Shown here one piece after another: positions 13,162-26,000 of a stretch of 64,000 nt of DNA (its first letter is position 1; every line of letters begins with the position of its first letter). The notes under the pieces are model-generated. The model was not told where the DNA came from and made no database searches. It saw nothing but the letters and a program-made list of their open reading frames with translations. This stretch comes from Marsupella aquatica (taxonomy: Eukaryota; Plantae; Marchantiophyta). The stretch spans positions 24,551,899-24,615,898 of the forward strand of contig OZ316891.1 of NCBI GenBank assembly GCA_973895155.1, written 5' to 3'. Both the position numbers and the translations under genes were made by a program.

Positions 13162-14384
13162 ATGACTGAACCTACGCCAAGGGAGGAAAGAGCGATTCAA
13201 CGGGAGAGAGCTTGTCTGCAGCAGCTCGTCGGGTGGCATGATACACCGTGACTGATAGGGGCAGAAAGAGCTAGTAGCTCCGTAACTGAAAATGGCATCA
13301 AAGAAGACATACCAGAAGAAGGGTCGGTAAGGAGAAGTGAGTCTCCAACCGACATGGGGGAACCAGAGGCACGGCCAGACGAGAGGCCAGGGACCAGACT
13401 GAGCCAACGGTCATGTATTCATTACAAGGCCTTTCATGGTAGAGGAGATGAGGATCCGGACGAATGGTTGGATGACTTCAAAGGAACTACTGCAGCAAAT
13501 GGAGAATCGGCCATCAAGATGCAAATTCTTCCCGGCCTGTTCAAAGGTGAGGCTAGGCCTTGGTACAGAGCCTTGGACGTGGAAGGAGAACCCAGAGACT
13601 TTAGCCGAGGCAATTAAGGATATTCAATTATACATTAATGCAAATATCACAAGCCGGAAGAAATAGCTTAAATCTGAGAGTTCTTCATCGGAGGAGGGAT
13701 CACCCCATAAGAAAAAAGATAAGAAAAAGAAACATTCTAAGAAGTCAAGAAGTGATAACTCAAGCTCGGATAGTGGAAGTAGCAAGAGTGAGTCATCTTC
13801 TAGTTCTGAAGAAGAAAAAACTAGGAAAAAGAAGGGCAGAAGGAGGGGGAAGTTGAAAGTCAAACTAGAGGCTAAAACGCTAGATAACATTGTAGCTCTT
13901 ACCAAGCAGCTTAAGGCTATAATAGCAGAAGTAAAACAAAAGAAGAAGGTAGTACAAGAGGATAGCTCTGTATGGTGTGCCTTATGTTATAAAACCGGAC
14001 ACCATAAAGATGCGTGTCCTAAACTTAATACTAGTCATGTTCGGCATGTGGCTGAGGCTAGACCATGTCAGGGAGAAGTAGAGTACTTTTTAGGGGATGC
14101 CGCTGATAGTGTTTTCGCCATCAGTGAGATTGGAGCACGAGACTTATCCAACAGCCCTGCATCTCTCTGGTCAAGATTAAGGAACAATCCGGGAGAGATG
14201 TATCCTCGGATTATTCAGAATCCGTCAGTACCTCCTAGGCCGAATGTGCAAAGATTTACGGCATGCTATAATTGTGGTCAACCTGGCCATTTTGCTAGAG
14301 AATGCCCGAATGCACGCAAACAAGGAGATGGACAACCAGCTCAGCTATGTATGGGATGTCAACAGGAGGGTCACATGCTAGGAC
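13162..14384 (+). pseudogene. gag: gag, 5' part of the older family A element (CCHC zinc knuckles), with stops and an internal deletion
   Basis: Matches the N-terminal half of 30820-33813; CALCYKTGHHKDAC, CYNCGQPGHFAREC; third knuckle cut by the MULE. Confidence 0.88.
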
Positions 14385-15477
14385 GAGGTGTTTACAAAAG
14401 GCAGTAAACAGCAAACAGAAAACTATAACAGGAACTGGTAACAGCAAAATTTCCTGTTTTGGGAGCACATTTCTCCTGGTATTGTGGCAAAATTAAAAAA
14501 ATCCGTTCCTAAAATACTGATAATTATGCGATGCCAAATACTAGTGCCGGGAGTCTACAGGCAAAACAATCACAAATGCATCATAACGAATACTAGCGCC
14601 GGGCGTTCGAACCCAAAATAATGAAACATTAATCTCCCAAACATGCCGAATACTAGAGCCGGCCGCTTCTAATGCTTTATGGAGAAAATCACGAGAACGT
14701 AGGACTGATGTTCAGGCTGAGATCCAAGTAGAAACCAAAGATTACTAATAGTCTAAGTTCAATATCAAAGCACAGAAGTAGGACTTAACCAAGGTATCTA
14801 AGTCATAACTTCTAACGGGAAATTGAAAGAAAAGAAACCCGAGCTTTTTTATTTAAGTAAAACAGATTGTCCTTGATGTACAAATATTGTTACATAGGAA
14901 CACTAAAGTTTCCAGTGCAATTGTAACTAGCGCCAGGCGCTAATACTCCCGGTGGGTGCATCGACGTACAATGTCCTAGCTCGAAGAGTGACAGTCATCA
15001 TCAATCCCAGCGTCCTGACGATCTGGATCATGGCGGAAACCATCTAATCGGAGTTGACATATGCTCTCGTGGGCCGTCGATACACTGGCCTTCCATGGAA
15101 TCGAGAAGGAGAAGAACGAGAGCAATGGACTTTGAAAGAAACAATAGTATGTTTATAAGGGGCTTGGATTTCCCGTTATTGGTCCTCTTGACGGTACCAG
15201 TCGCCGACTGAAAGCCAAATGACACTATGGCAGAAACCACAAATATCAAACGGAAACTCCAAACGTGTTTTTTGGGGATGGTCGGGCGCTAGTTAAACAA
15301 GGAGAGGAACCCACACAAAGGAAGTTACTAAAGACCACATTAACCATTGAATGGAAGGGGGAACCTCCATCAAACTCAATTCATATTTAATACATTCAAT
15401 AGCGCCCGGCGCTAACAAAAACCAAGGGCATACTCGTACAATTGGGAAGAAGTTTGAACTGATAGAGGAGAAAATTG

Positions 15478-18400
15478 CTACCCTTCAGTGTCATATTTTG
15501 AGCTCTCATTCTGGGAGCTATGAGATCTGTCGGTTGACTCTGCCTCATCATCAATATACTTGCTTCTAGAAACATCATTTACATAGGGGTTCCTCATGAA
15601 CTTCCTGTCTACTCCCCTAAGAAGCCTAAGTCCTTTTGTTTCCCAGCAGAGCGTTCTAAATTTCTCTACCTTCCTCGCGACGTTCTCAGCGTATGATGGC
15701 AACACAAATGGCTTCTCGGGAGTGATGATTACATTTTGAGTCACTTTCCTCCAAAGTTGAAACCGTTTTCTTTGGTTCCATTCTGACCTGCTCAAAAGAG
15801 AAGCAAAAGTAGGTACTTAACAGATAGAAACGATGGAATTGATGGTTAGCCAACAATTGAAAGGATAAAGGAGCTTACGAGAGACGAAAATTACTCGGAA
15901 GACTCTTCGCTGTCCTCCGTTGACCCATCATGTCGGGTTTCCTCTTTCCCACCGTCATTGACATCCTCAGGAACATCATCTTCTGGCGTCCCATCATCTT
16001 TGTCTGAATCAAAATTGAGGACAGATCTAAGTCTATCTTTCTTTTTTTGTCCGGTTATTTGAGGAGGGGGAGGTTGTGTCTCCAAAGGTTTGGGAGAAAT
16101 GAGATCCAAAAAAATCCTCGAAGCGGTCTCAACAAACTCCCAACGATTTTCTAACCCGATGACAAAACGGCCTGAGTAATCCCCAGCAATGAACGTACTA
16201 CCTGAGCCGATGGTCCAATCAATTACAATATCCTTAGGTATCGTAAAGAGTTCCAGGATAGTCTGCATAAAACCAACCAGTAGTCGGGAATTCCCAGTAA
16301 AATGGAGTTCAGGACAATGATCTTCCTTCAAAGATTGTAGCCCAATAAGGTTTGAAATTGAAGGATCTTTAGCGCTAGATAACGGCTTCAATCTTGGATC
16401 CTTTGGGACCTTTCTTTTAAAAGAAACCCGACAAAATATATCCAGTCTAAGAGTGAAGACCTGCAAAAGTTGACAAACCAACTGGATTTTAAAAATCTCT
16501 TATTCATGAGAGAAGACATACTAAGAAAGAAAGAGTAGCGCCGGGCGCTAGTATAGCTCTACTCAGAGAGAACATTTACCTGGACATTTGTCTTGGATCT
16601 GTACATTGGGACAAACATGAAAACATTGTGCGTATTGATGCACATGAACTTCTTGGATTGCTGACATGCAGAAATGACCTGGGAAATCTGATCGTGGTCA
16701 TCCGAGTATAAGATAGCGAGCATGCCGTCATCGGAAAGGAAAGGGTCCATCGCCCGAAAGAATGATTCGGCTGCTATGTGATCTGTGACATTCCATTTTG
16801 GGACCCGACGGTCAACAATTGTTGGTTTCAAACCAGTTGGGAGATAGATGAAACCCGCATTCACCCCAAATGATCGTTCCTTCCCACCTCGAATGATTCC
16901 TTTATCTCTACACCCTGATTTGATCAAATCCTTACCCCACTTCTCAGCGTCTGAGACCCAATCTGGCTTCTCTTCCTTACTAAATGCACTATCAATGAAT
17001 TCTGCCAAGCTTGATTTGACCATACAGTGTCTTCCAAGTTTAGTCTTGAAAGTCCCCACATCCCGTTGGATACCGGCGCCAGAAGCATTATCTCGCGACG
17101 ATTCCCAGGCATCGATGGTCCCTTTCTTCTTCTTCTTCTTTGTGCTTGTAGCATCCACAGGAACAATAACCTTCCCCTTCTCAACGGGGGTGATGGGGTC
17201 TGGATTGGCACCAGTGTTGGCCTCAGAGACTTCTGGTGTTGCATCGACTTTTGTGTCATCCGTGGCGGCATCAGATTTTCGACCACCTACCAAAAAACGG
17301 TGCCAATCACAGAAAGAGTGTTAGCGCCAGGCGCTGACTAAACACCCACATTAATTTTGGGAAATAAGACACATTAAACTTACGACACATGATAGCGCCA
17401 GGCGCTAACAAAGAAGGAAGTCGAAAGGAGGTGTAGCTTACGTTTTTTCCCAGACTTGGCACTAGCACTTGCCACAGGGGCATCCGCCTTGGCTTTGGCT
17501 CTTGGTTTTCGGCTTCGATCAACATGAACCACTGTGGTTTTGCATTTTTTTGCAACTCAGTCGTCGATGAGTTGACGTCCCCCTCAATTCCTTGCTTCAT
17601 GTCGGAGACAAATTGTCTCGGAACTTGGGATTTAGACAGTTTATGGAAAGCATCCTTCTCAGTGTCGTCAAAAGGAGAATCCCATCTGTCGGTGTCAAGG
17701 TACCAAGGGCAGTGAATTCTCTCCCACTCGAACAATTTCCTTGGTGGAAGTATACCCTCAACGGGATACATCAAATACAGTTCGGCCAGAATGTCTCCAT
17801 CTGTGCAGATGACCCAATTCTGGAAAGCAGCTGGGTAAGCCCAAAAATAGTCAGGCTTCACAATCTCCATGTGCATGAAGAAATGATAGACATATCGTTT
17901 CGCGCGCTTTTGATTCTTGAGTGTGTAGTCTTCCTTGTCCGGGTACTTGGACATCCACATCGTATTGAAAAACTTACCTTTCACTGCATCCCCAAATTTT
18001 TTGAAATCATTGCACACTATTTCAACAAGTGAATCATAAGACTCACACTTCCATTCCTCCAATCGATTGGAAGGAATTATTTCACTGATTTGCTGGAGGG
18101 TAGTCTGCAGCATACCAATGGCAATACCCTCCACGCTATTCCAAGTTTGCCAAGTGTGGCACCACTGCTTCACAGGGTCATCGCTAACGCTTTGCGGGTG
18201 AAAGAACTGCTTCCTGAGCTCTGGCGTGCAATGCGCTACTAACAAAGTGCTCCTCAATTTGGGATCGAGGGCGGAGACTGCTGTAAATAACCTGGCACGA
18301 TCCATGGTACAGACAACCGCATCCGGTTTCTTCTTGCGTTTGTTCACCTCTGTCATCGGATACATCTCAGCACAGGTTGTCATGAAGTCTTCAAACTCAA

Positions 18401-19618
18401 GACTCAACAAGGGAGTGATCTTTGAGACCTTGATTGCCCAATCCTTCGTTGCTTCTTTCATCATGACCGCATGTCGTTTGGATGTCTCTTCCTGAGACCA
18501 AGGATTTCCCTGAGCGGTAGCCGACTCCATGTCCATCTTGAATTGTCGAGAATAGGATTTAATCTTATTCTTGCATAAGATATACAAAAGTGCTTCTTGA
18601 GGCATTTTCTTGGAATACCATGATCCTTTTCGAGTCTTCTGCATCACCTGCCCAAACTTCTTGAAGTGTGCCCCATCGATGATTGATTTGTAGTATTCTA
18701 GATTGTTGGACAAAATCCTCTTAATTCGATCTGCATCAAGTATCCAGGAAGGTTCCACCACGGCCTGTCCAAGTCTACAGAAGAATTTGTCAGTCAATAG
18801 CGCCAGGCGCTAGTAAAAACTACACTATAAAAGATAAGGATAGGTGAAATTCAAAGAGAGACTTACTGGTTCACAATATGCATAGCCGCCTCAATTTCAA
18901 TCAAAGATCCCTTTTCACCCTTGAAGATAGTACATTGCACACGCGGGTGATACTTGCTATCTTCCGGATTTTCTTTCGTAACGATCGACCATGCGTAAAG
19001 TTGATGGTTATCGTCAAAAACGTAAAACATCTTATCTTGTAACACCATGAAGTCTAGATCGGCCGCACATTCAGCTTCAAACTTCTCGTTCTCGGCCACC
19101 CACACAGGGTCCTAGGTTGCTCGAATTTCTGGAGTACAAGTCTGGACATTCCCATTCAAATCTGCCGGCTGGACATAGAACAACATTCCAATTTTTGAGT
19201 TGTATCCTGTGCTACGGAAAGAGTCCTTCAACTTTTCAATTGAAGGACTTCCCTTCTGTAAGGTGCGGACAACTTCCATGTGAACCAAGCGGCACATTGG
19301 AATCCTTGGGGGGTCTTTGTCGTGCCCCCAAAAATCCTTGCCAAACACCATAACGTGCTTGGAGATAACGTCGGACATCGTCAGTGACAGTTCTCCTCGA
19401 TCTTCCACAACGTATGTGTCGAGATTGTCCATCTTCGCTCTCTGGCTCTTCGGAAATGTGACTATTGCGACTGTTTCAGGATCTTGGGATGCTGTAGACC
19501 GTGTCACACGACGACTGTAAACAAATCCAGAAAACGCGCACTCGGATGTCTGGGAATGGATCTGCTCTCTCTGCCCGTTAGCACTATACCCATGCGAGGT
19601 GGTGAGGAGAGGGTCCAT
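15478..19618 (-). pseudogene. Multi-exon MULE cargo gene: N-terminal ParB/Srx-like domain, long helical middle, beta-class N4/N6 DNA-methyltransferase-like domain (one premature stop at 19112-19114)
   Basis: Exon 1: RIPMCRLVHMEVVRTL…IEKLKDSFRSTGY…FYVFDDNHQLYAW (ParB-type DGNHR motif, degenerate). Exons 3-4: FIYLPTG…PFLSDDGMLAILY…FMQTILELFTIPKDIVIDWTIGSGSTFIAGDYSGRFVIGLE (motif X/I-like). GT-AG introns at about 18776-18866, 17288-17441 and 16462-16579. Confidence 0.7.
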
Positions 19619-20522
19619 GTTTTGCACACACGAAGTGCTTCACGATCGTTATGAGTACCTCGTTCGTACCGTACTTCTTCTAGAGAATTCTTGCACGAAG
19701 AACCTCCGAAACGGAGCCTAAATACAGCGGACAAGGGAGGTGGGGAGAGTATCATCTCTAAACTATCCACTCACTACATTGATATCTATTTACAATATTC
19801 TCCTGAGCGCCACTTGTCAATTCTGGATTAGTGGTTTAGAATACCGTTGGCATATCTTCAACGTTACGTGACCTAACGTTACCGTTGAATATGACCGTTA
19901 AAGAAGAGTTCGGTGATTTTAATCTATATTCCTAGGTCAAATCTGATATTGGTCAATAGTAGCGCCTGGCGCTACCCAAAATGATCAATATTTAAACCCT
20001 AAATTGACCCTAAGTTTGGCCAACATTGACCCTGAAGTATAAAATAAAAAACAAAAATGAATACAATTTTGAATATTTTGCCTTAAATGAATGTCATGAT
20101 TATTGTTTCAAATTAGTGCCCGACGCTAATATTAAATGGGAACATTTTGTTAAAATTTTAGATAATATTTGGAAAATAGCTACAAACATTAGGATTTATT
20201 TTGAAACCCCAGATAAAATATTCCAGCTTTAGACCACAATTTAGGGTGTGTGTTTATGGTAGCGCCTGGCGCTAAACATATATTGAACCGTTTTGGGTCC
20301 ATTTTGGGGTGAGGATGTTTGAGTAGCGCCCGACGCTACTCAATTAAGATGATTTAATAAACATGATTATGGTCTTTGTAAACGGACATCTTAGGGTCAT
20401 TAGTATAAATGTCGTTGACATAACGACAAAAAACATTTATTGTGTCAGATGTGCTTTCGACCGGTAGTGATTTTGTCATATTCTAACGGCTCTGACAAAC
20501 GGATTATTCACTATGAATACCA

Positions 20523-21064
20523 TTGTGTGCATTCAAAGACGTCATTCATTATTGTGAACTGAGTGTTTTTGGGTTGGATGATCTTACAATGTTGAGGTCA
20601 ATCATTCTGACGCGTCCGTCTACGGGTGACCTTGTATCCATTCCATTGTCGGCCAATGACGTATACAAGCAAGTTAGTGAGAATTATCTCTGTGGGCGCT
20701 TTGGTTTGGATTTGAATGACATTGAGGACATTTTGGAGGAGGGAAACGGAGATGAAGCCTCTAATTTCACTGCTTCTTTTGATGTTGATGACGGGATTCG
20801 TTTTTGGCACCTGAATGCAGGAATTCGGTATTCTATTGTCATTCAAAAACCAGTCGCATCCGATCTCCCATCTTCATCCAAACCCTTTGTTGATGTTGTC
20901 TTGCTTTCAGATAGCAATGATGATGGACCTTCTGGTTTGCTTGAGTCTAGTGCTAAACCCCCTCACACAGTTGTTAAACAGGAGGTTACCCCTGTTAAAC
21001 AGGAGGTTGGAGAAGTTTTTACCAAAAATTCCATTGTGTATCGGAGAAGTGCAATGGATACCAT
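20523..21064 (+). pseudogene. 5' part of the MULE transposase gene, cut by the family B insertion
   Basis: ORF 20523 runs to the insertion point (…RRSAMDT|) and continues after the TSD at 40398 (TITRRCPYL). Confidence 0.6.
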
Positions 21065-23030
21065 TGTGACGCCGCCGGTACGGCGAGTAATGAGTAATTT
21101 GGTCTAAATCGTGCCTAGCACGCGCGTTAGGGGTATCTTAGGCCGCTATGATTAGCATAACGACAATATTTAGGTAGCCATTATGAGTAGGAAATCATTA
21201 GTCAATAAGGGGAATTCATGTTCGGGCTGGCGGCGCGTCCCCATTCGCACGCCCGGGTTACGAGCGTGGAGGGGCCCTCCCTCGGGTCCGTATAACAAAC
21301 TTCGGGAGGCATCCGCTGACATGCGGTGACTCAGACCGGCGGAGTGGCCGGTACACTATAAGCGTGAACGGTTCAGCCTATGGGCAGCGAGGAGATGACG
21401 GGGGATTGGCAAGCCCTCAAGGTATAAAGAGGGAGCCAACCCTTTGGAGTGCACCAGTCCATCAGTCCACGCGCCAGCTTTGATCCCAGCTCTCTCGTTC
21501 TCTCTAAGTCGCCACTACTATCTCCTCTGAATGTCGCGCACGATCCTCTCCAGTTCGGCCATTCGATTCTGGACGTAGTTTCTATCTACCTGAAGGCACT
21601 TGGCCGACTCATTGAAACACGCCAACCCGCGCCGACACGAAATAGAACGCGAGTACGAGAGAGCCATCCGCCTAGCAGGACGATACCACTACATCCTTAA
21701 CTTTGACTACCCGTCCCAGAGCGAGCTTTACCGACCAGCTGAGGTATCTGGGTACTTCTTCAACGGAGACAAATATATCGGGTTTTGGGAAGCACTGCTT
21801 CGGCTTTCGAACGAGGTCTTCAATATCCCGGGGATGATCGACTTGCAACGACATCACTTCGACCACATCCCTGCTCAGGTTCGGGCTATCATCAACAGCG
21901 AGTCTAGTACTAACCGTTCGACAAGGTTGTCCGCACTTGTTTTGGAGAACTTCTACCAGCACCTGCAGAGCTTCATGGGAACTAGACCCGCAACCACCGG
22001 CACCAGCCCGATGGACCTTATACCCATACCCATACCAATGCAGACTCAGGTTCAGGCTCAGGCTCAGCCTCAGCCTCAGCCTAGCCAACCCCCACCGCCG
22101 ATCGCCCCGCCAGCAGTACAAGTACGCTCCGTTATCAACGCTGTGGACCTTAGCGACGACGACGAACCTACCCCACCCTTGCTCAGGCGGCCAAGAGGAG
22201 CAAGCACTTGGGGGGCCGACACTACATTGTCCCCTCCTTGGACCCACGGAGCTGCTCCAGCAGACAACACGGTGACCGTGGCCGCCCCGGGCCCATTACT
22301 AACGGCGGTAGCACTACCTGTGCCCAACAGAGAGGATGGGGAGGTGTCACCATCCCCGAGCTAGCCATGGGGGAAGAAGAGGAAGAAACCCACCACTGCA
22401 TCCGGGTTACCATTGGCCACGGTAGCCGTGGCCAAGGTGACAATGCACCGCATGGGGGAAAACGTGCATAACAACATCCTCCATCCCAAGCATGCGGTGT
22501 ACCTAAAGACTCAGGGATTTGAGCACCTCACCTCTCTCCCCTGGAACACTTGCAGGTACTACGGGGAGGACATGACAGAATTCGTCAAGAATTATGACGA
22601 CGTACGTCAACAGACTCGGCTGCAGGGAGGGAATATGTCCCTCACGGAAGAACGGCTCAAGATGATCTTCGAGTTACCCGAAGGTGACCATCAAGTCGAA
22701 TCACGGGCTCCCGGGGGCAAGGGAGCCAAGTACCAATCCTCAAGTTTTCCTTCGGAGGGAGCAGTGGACAACGGGTTCGTGATGAGGACCTGCCTCATGC
22801 CCGAGATAGCTGAGCGGCTGGAGTTCCAAAGGTACGCTCTCCACATGATGGAACCCCGGGGGGAGATCTCCGCCGCCCAGGTTATCCAGGTCGAGAACTA
22901 TCGACCCAGGAGGTGGGCGTCGTACTTCGCTAAGAAATTCCATGAAGAGATGGAGCGGCGAAAGAAGACGCTATATATTGGCGGGAAGGCATATTTTGCT
23001 AGCCACATCGAGATCATTCTTGAGTGGTAC

Positions 23031-26000
23031 TGTGGTGCGTCCCATGGCTCCCTAAACCCAAGAAACCCCCCAGCTCAAGCCGATTCCCGCAGGTTTCGTG
23101 CTTGGCGAGGCCGTTTCCGCGGCTTAGCGGCATGGGACGCTGCTAACCTTCTACTACTACTATTAACATTTTACACACATATACTGGACAGATCCTTCAT
23201 CGGGTCATGAGATACGTAGCCGGCCTAATATAGGCCTTCCCTTGTCTTCCCCTGTCTTCCCCTCCGTCTTGTTAGGTATGTTTGGATTCCGCCGCCGGAA
23301 TGATCCCCAATAGGCTTGGTTAAGCCGCTAAGACCTCTCTCAGCTCGACACATCCAACTATCACTCCCCTGCTTACTTTCCTTCCTTCTGTTGATGTGGG
23401 CACTCTTCACACAAGTTAATGCGACACACAAATAGCAAAATGACTCATTCTGACTGAGTCATACCATGCACTTGCCATACAAACAGTACATCTCATACAC
23501 AAGTTCTGCGAACTAAGCCGTGAGGCCAACTCTATTCAGCTCTTAGGCATGAGGAAACATGAATATACACAAGGGTCACTGTATGACTAACCGAGAGCTT
23601 CTCGTACTACTTGATCCCAGCCCGGCTGGTGCAAACTAAAAACTTGCTAAAGAAGAGACCCTGAGCTCCCCGCTGCCCAGGTACTTATCCTGGTAGTGGA
23701 TCCGCCATTCTTTGCATCGTAAGCCTAATCTACCTGACAGTAATCTACTTGCCCGAATCTACCTATGTACAGCAAGGCAGGAGCACAAGTGTTGCTCCTA
23801 CCAGTGGAACCCCAATCCCACTAAGCTAAGTGTCAGGGCCGCTCCTAGTTCTGATCCTAATCCTAAACGTGGAGATCCGCGCCCGCCCTGCCCACTCACG
23901 CCTCCTCCCTCCACGTCCGCCCTCCCTAAAAGGAACGGCGCCCTTGCACCGTCACGACACCGGTGGTGGATCCTCAATGGACGCCCCCAACACTTCCTCC
24001 TCAGCCACTGCCGTTGGCCCGCCTACTGACAGATTACCTGCCCTTGACCGAGTCAACTCTCCATCGGCCTGACTGGGTCCACCTTCGGCTTCAGCCTCGA
24101 CACCGGCCTCGGCAATACCCACGGCTTCGGCCTCAGCCACTCCCACGGCTTCGGCCTCCCCTTCCCCTAGGGTAGTTGGATCCTTAGCCGTGACCCTGTC
24201 TGGGGTCGGTGCTGGGTCTACCTCCTTGATCACCACGGCCTGTGAAGTCGTATTACTCCTTGACCCTGGAGGTTTCCGCTTCTTCTTCGTTGGTGGCTTG
24301 GCAGCTGGTCCCTTCCCCTTCCCACTTACTTCCGGCACTGGTGCAGTTGACGCGGCTTGTCCTTCGGCAATTACCACCCCTGGTAACTGGTTTGTCCCAA
24401 CGGGAGATGGACCTGCTGCAGCTAAGCATTTAAATACTGCGGCTTGTTTCTTCAGCCGCTCTGTTTGGTTGTCGGCCTGCCGCTGTAGGTTCTCCATCTT
24501 CCTCGTGATTTCCTCCAACTCCTCTTGGGTTTCATCCAGGTCCTTACGTGCCCCCTCCAACTCGTTTTTGGCCTCCTCCTGCTCCCTGTGGGCTTCCTCC
24601 AATTCCTTCTTCAAGGTAGCCCTCTCCTCCTGGGTTGCTCTTAGCTCCTTGTCGAGCTCTGCAATGATGACAGACTCCATCTGGTTCATCTTGGCGTAAG
24701 TCTGTTCGAGCATCTCGTCCTTCTCCCTTAGGTCGGCCTTGAAGCTGGCCGTCAGGGACGCAAGCTCCTGCTGCAGCGCCATAATCCCTTGATAGGATTT
24801 CCCTAACTCGACCTCCTTCTGCTCAAGGGCTCCGCGGATTTTCTCGAGCTCCCCTTTCAACGCCCATTCCTTTCTTTGGGTCTCCGCCATGGCCCGGCTG
24901 TTGGCTGTTATGTGGGCCTCCTCTGTATTCTTCAGCTCTTGCTTCCACTTCTCCCTCTCTTTGATCGTGTCGGCCAACTCTTCCTGCGTCTGAGTCAGTT
25001 TATCCTTGATATTCTGATTATCAGCCTGCGCGGCGTCCAACTGCCCCTGCATGATGTTCAGCTCATGTCGTTTAATCCGCAGTTCATCTTGGGCTTTCTT
25101 GGCCGCCCTTAGATTTTCAATCTCGGCTTCCATCCTCCTAAGCCGCCGAATGACCTCGTCCTTCTTGCTTCTCTCTAAAGCCACCGCTTCTTCTAATTGG
25201 TGCTTCTCCAACTGCTCCCTGTGAAAAAAGGGTCCTACCTCCAACTCCTCTCCAAAGATGCCGAGCGCAAGTTCCCCACACATCTCACCATACTCCATGG
25301 CTCTATTCTTAGCGTAGGTGGAGTAAGTAGAAGTGATCGGCATCGCCCATCGTGGCCTCTGCTCCCACGCCGTCCTGCGGATCTCTTCAATCGTGGCTAG
25401 AGGTTTGCTTCCTTTTTCGGCTAGCCGCCTGATGTCCTCCGGCCAATCTCCTCCTGGTAAATCCTTTTCCTTACCCAGGGCGGCCTCTTCCTCCTGCTTG
25501 ATTCGCTCCTGAAATTCCTGCATCGTCTGTTTTATGCCGTCAAAGCTCGGGGGAGCGACATCTGGTGGGGGAGACTCAGGGCTACTCTGCTGGTTGGGGT
25601 CCCCTCGCACTACCCTTGGAAGTGTGGGGACAAACCGGCCACAGGTCCTTACTCCTGGAACGTGATGGTCCGACCCATAGCCGGAATTATCATGGCTGCA
25701 GTCCTCCACTGCCTCCTCTACCTCTTGGACGTCCGGCTTCTCCCTCTCCTCTTCCTCGGTAGGAGCTTCAGGCAATTCTGCCTCAGATTCGGAGCTTGAG
25801 GTTCCCACGTACATTCGAACACCTGGCTTGGATTCCGGCCTGATTCTCTTCTTGTCTCCAGCAAAGGGGTTTTCTCTTGTGAGCCGGTGTAGGCCTACCT
25901 CTGTAGTAGTGTCCTGCATTGTTGCCGTTGCCGTTGTTGTTGCCGATGCCGATTTCTTTTCTTTCTCCAGTAGTTTCAGCAGACTCTGCATGCCTGGTTG

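Noticed and set aside
15478-19618. Bacterial contamination or prophage suggested by ParB/MTase motifs
   Set aside because: The gene has GT-AG introns and lies inside a TSD-bounded element nested among plant-type retrotransposons.
22413-23210. ORFs spanning junctions (22413-23210, 49185-50003, 20523-21107, 6903-7505, 346-801) as novel fusion genes
   Set aside because: They are read-through across insertion boundaries defined by TSDs.
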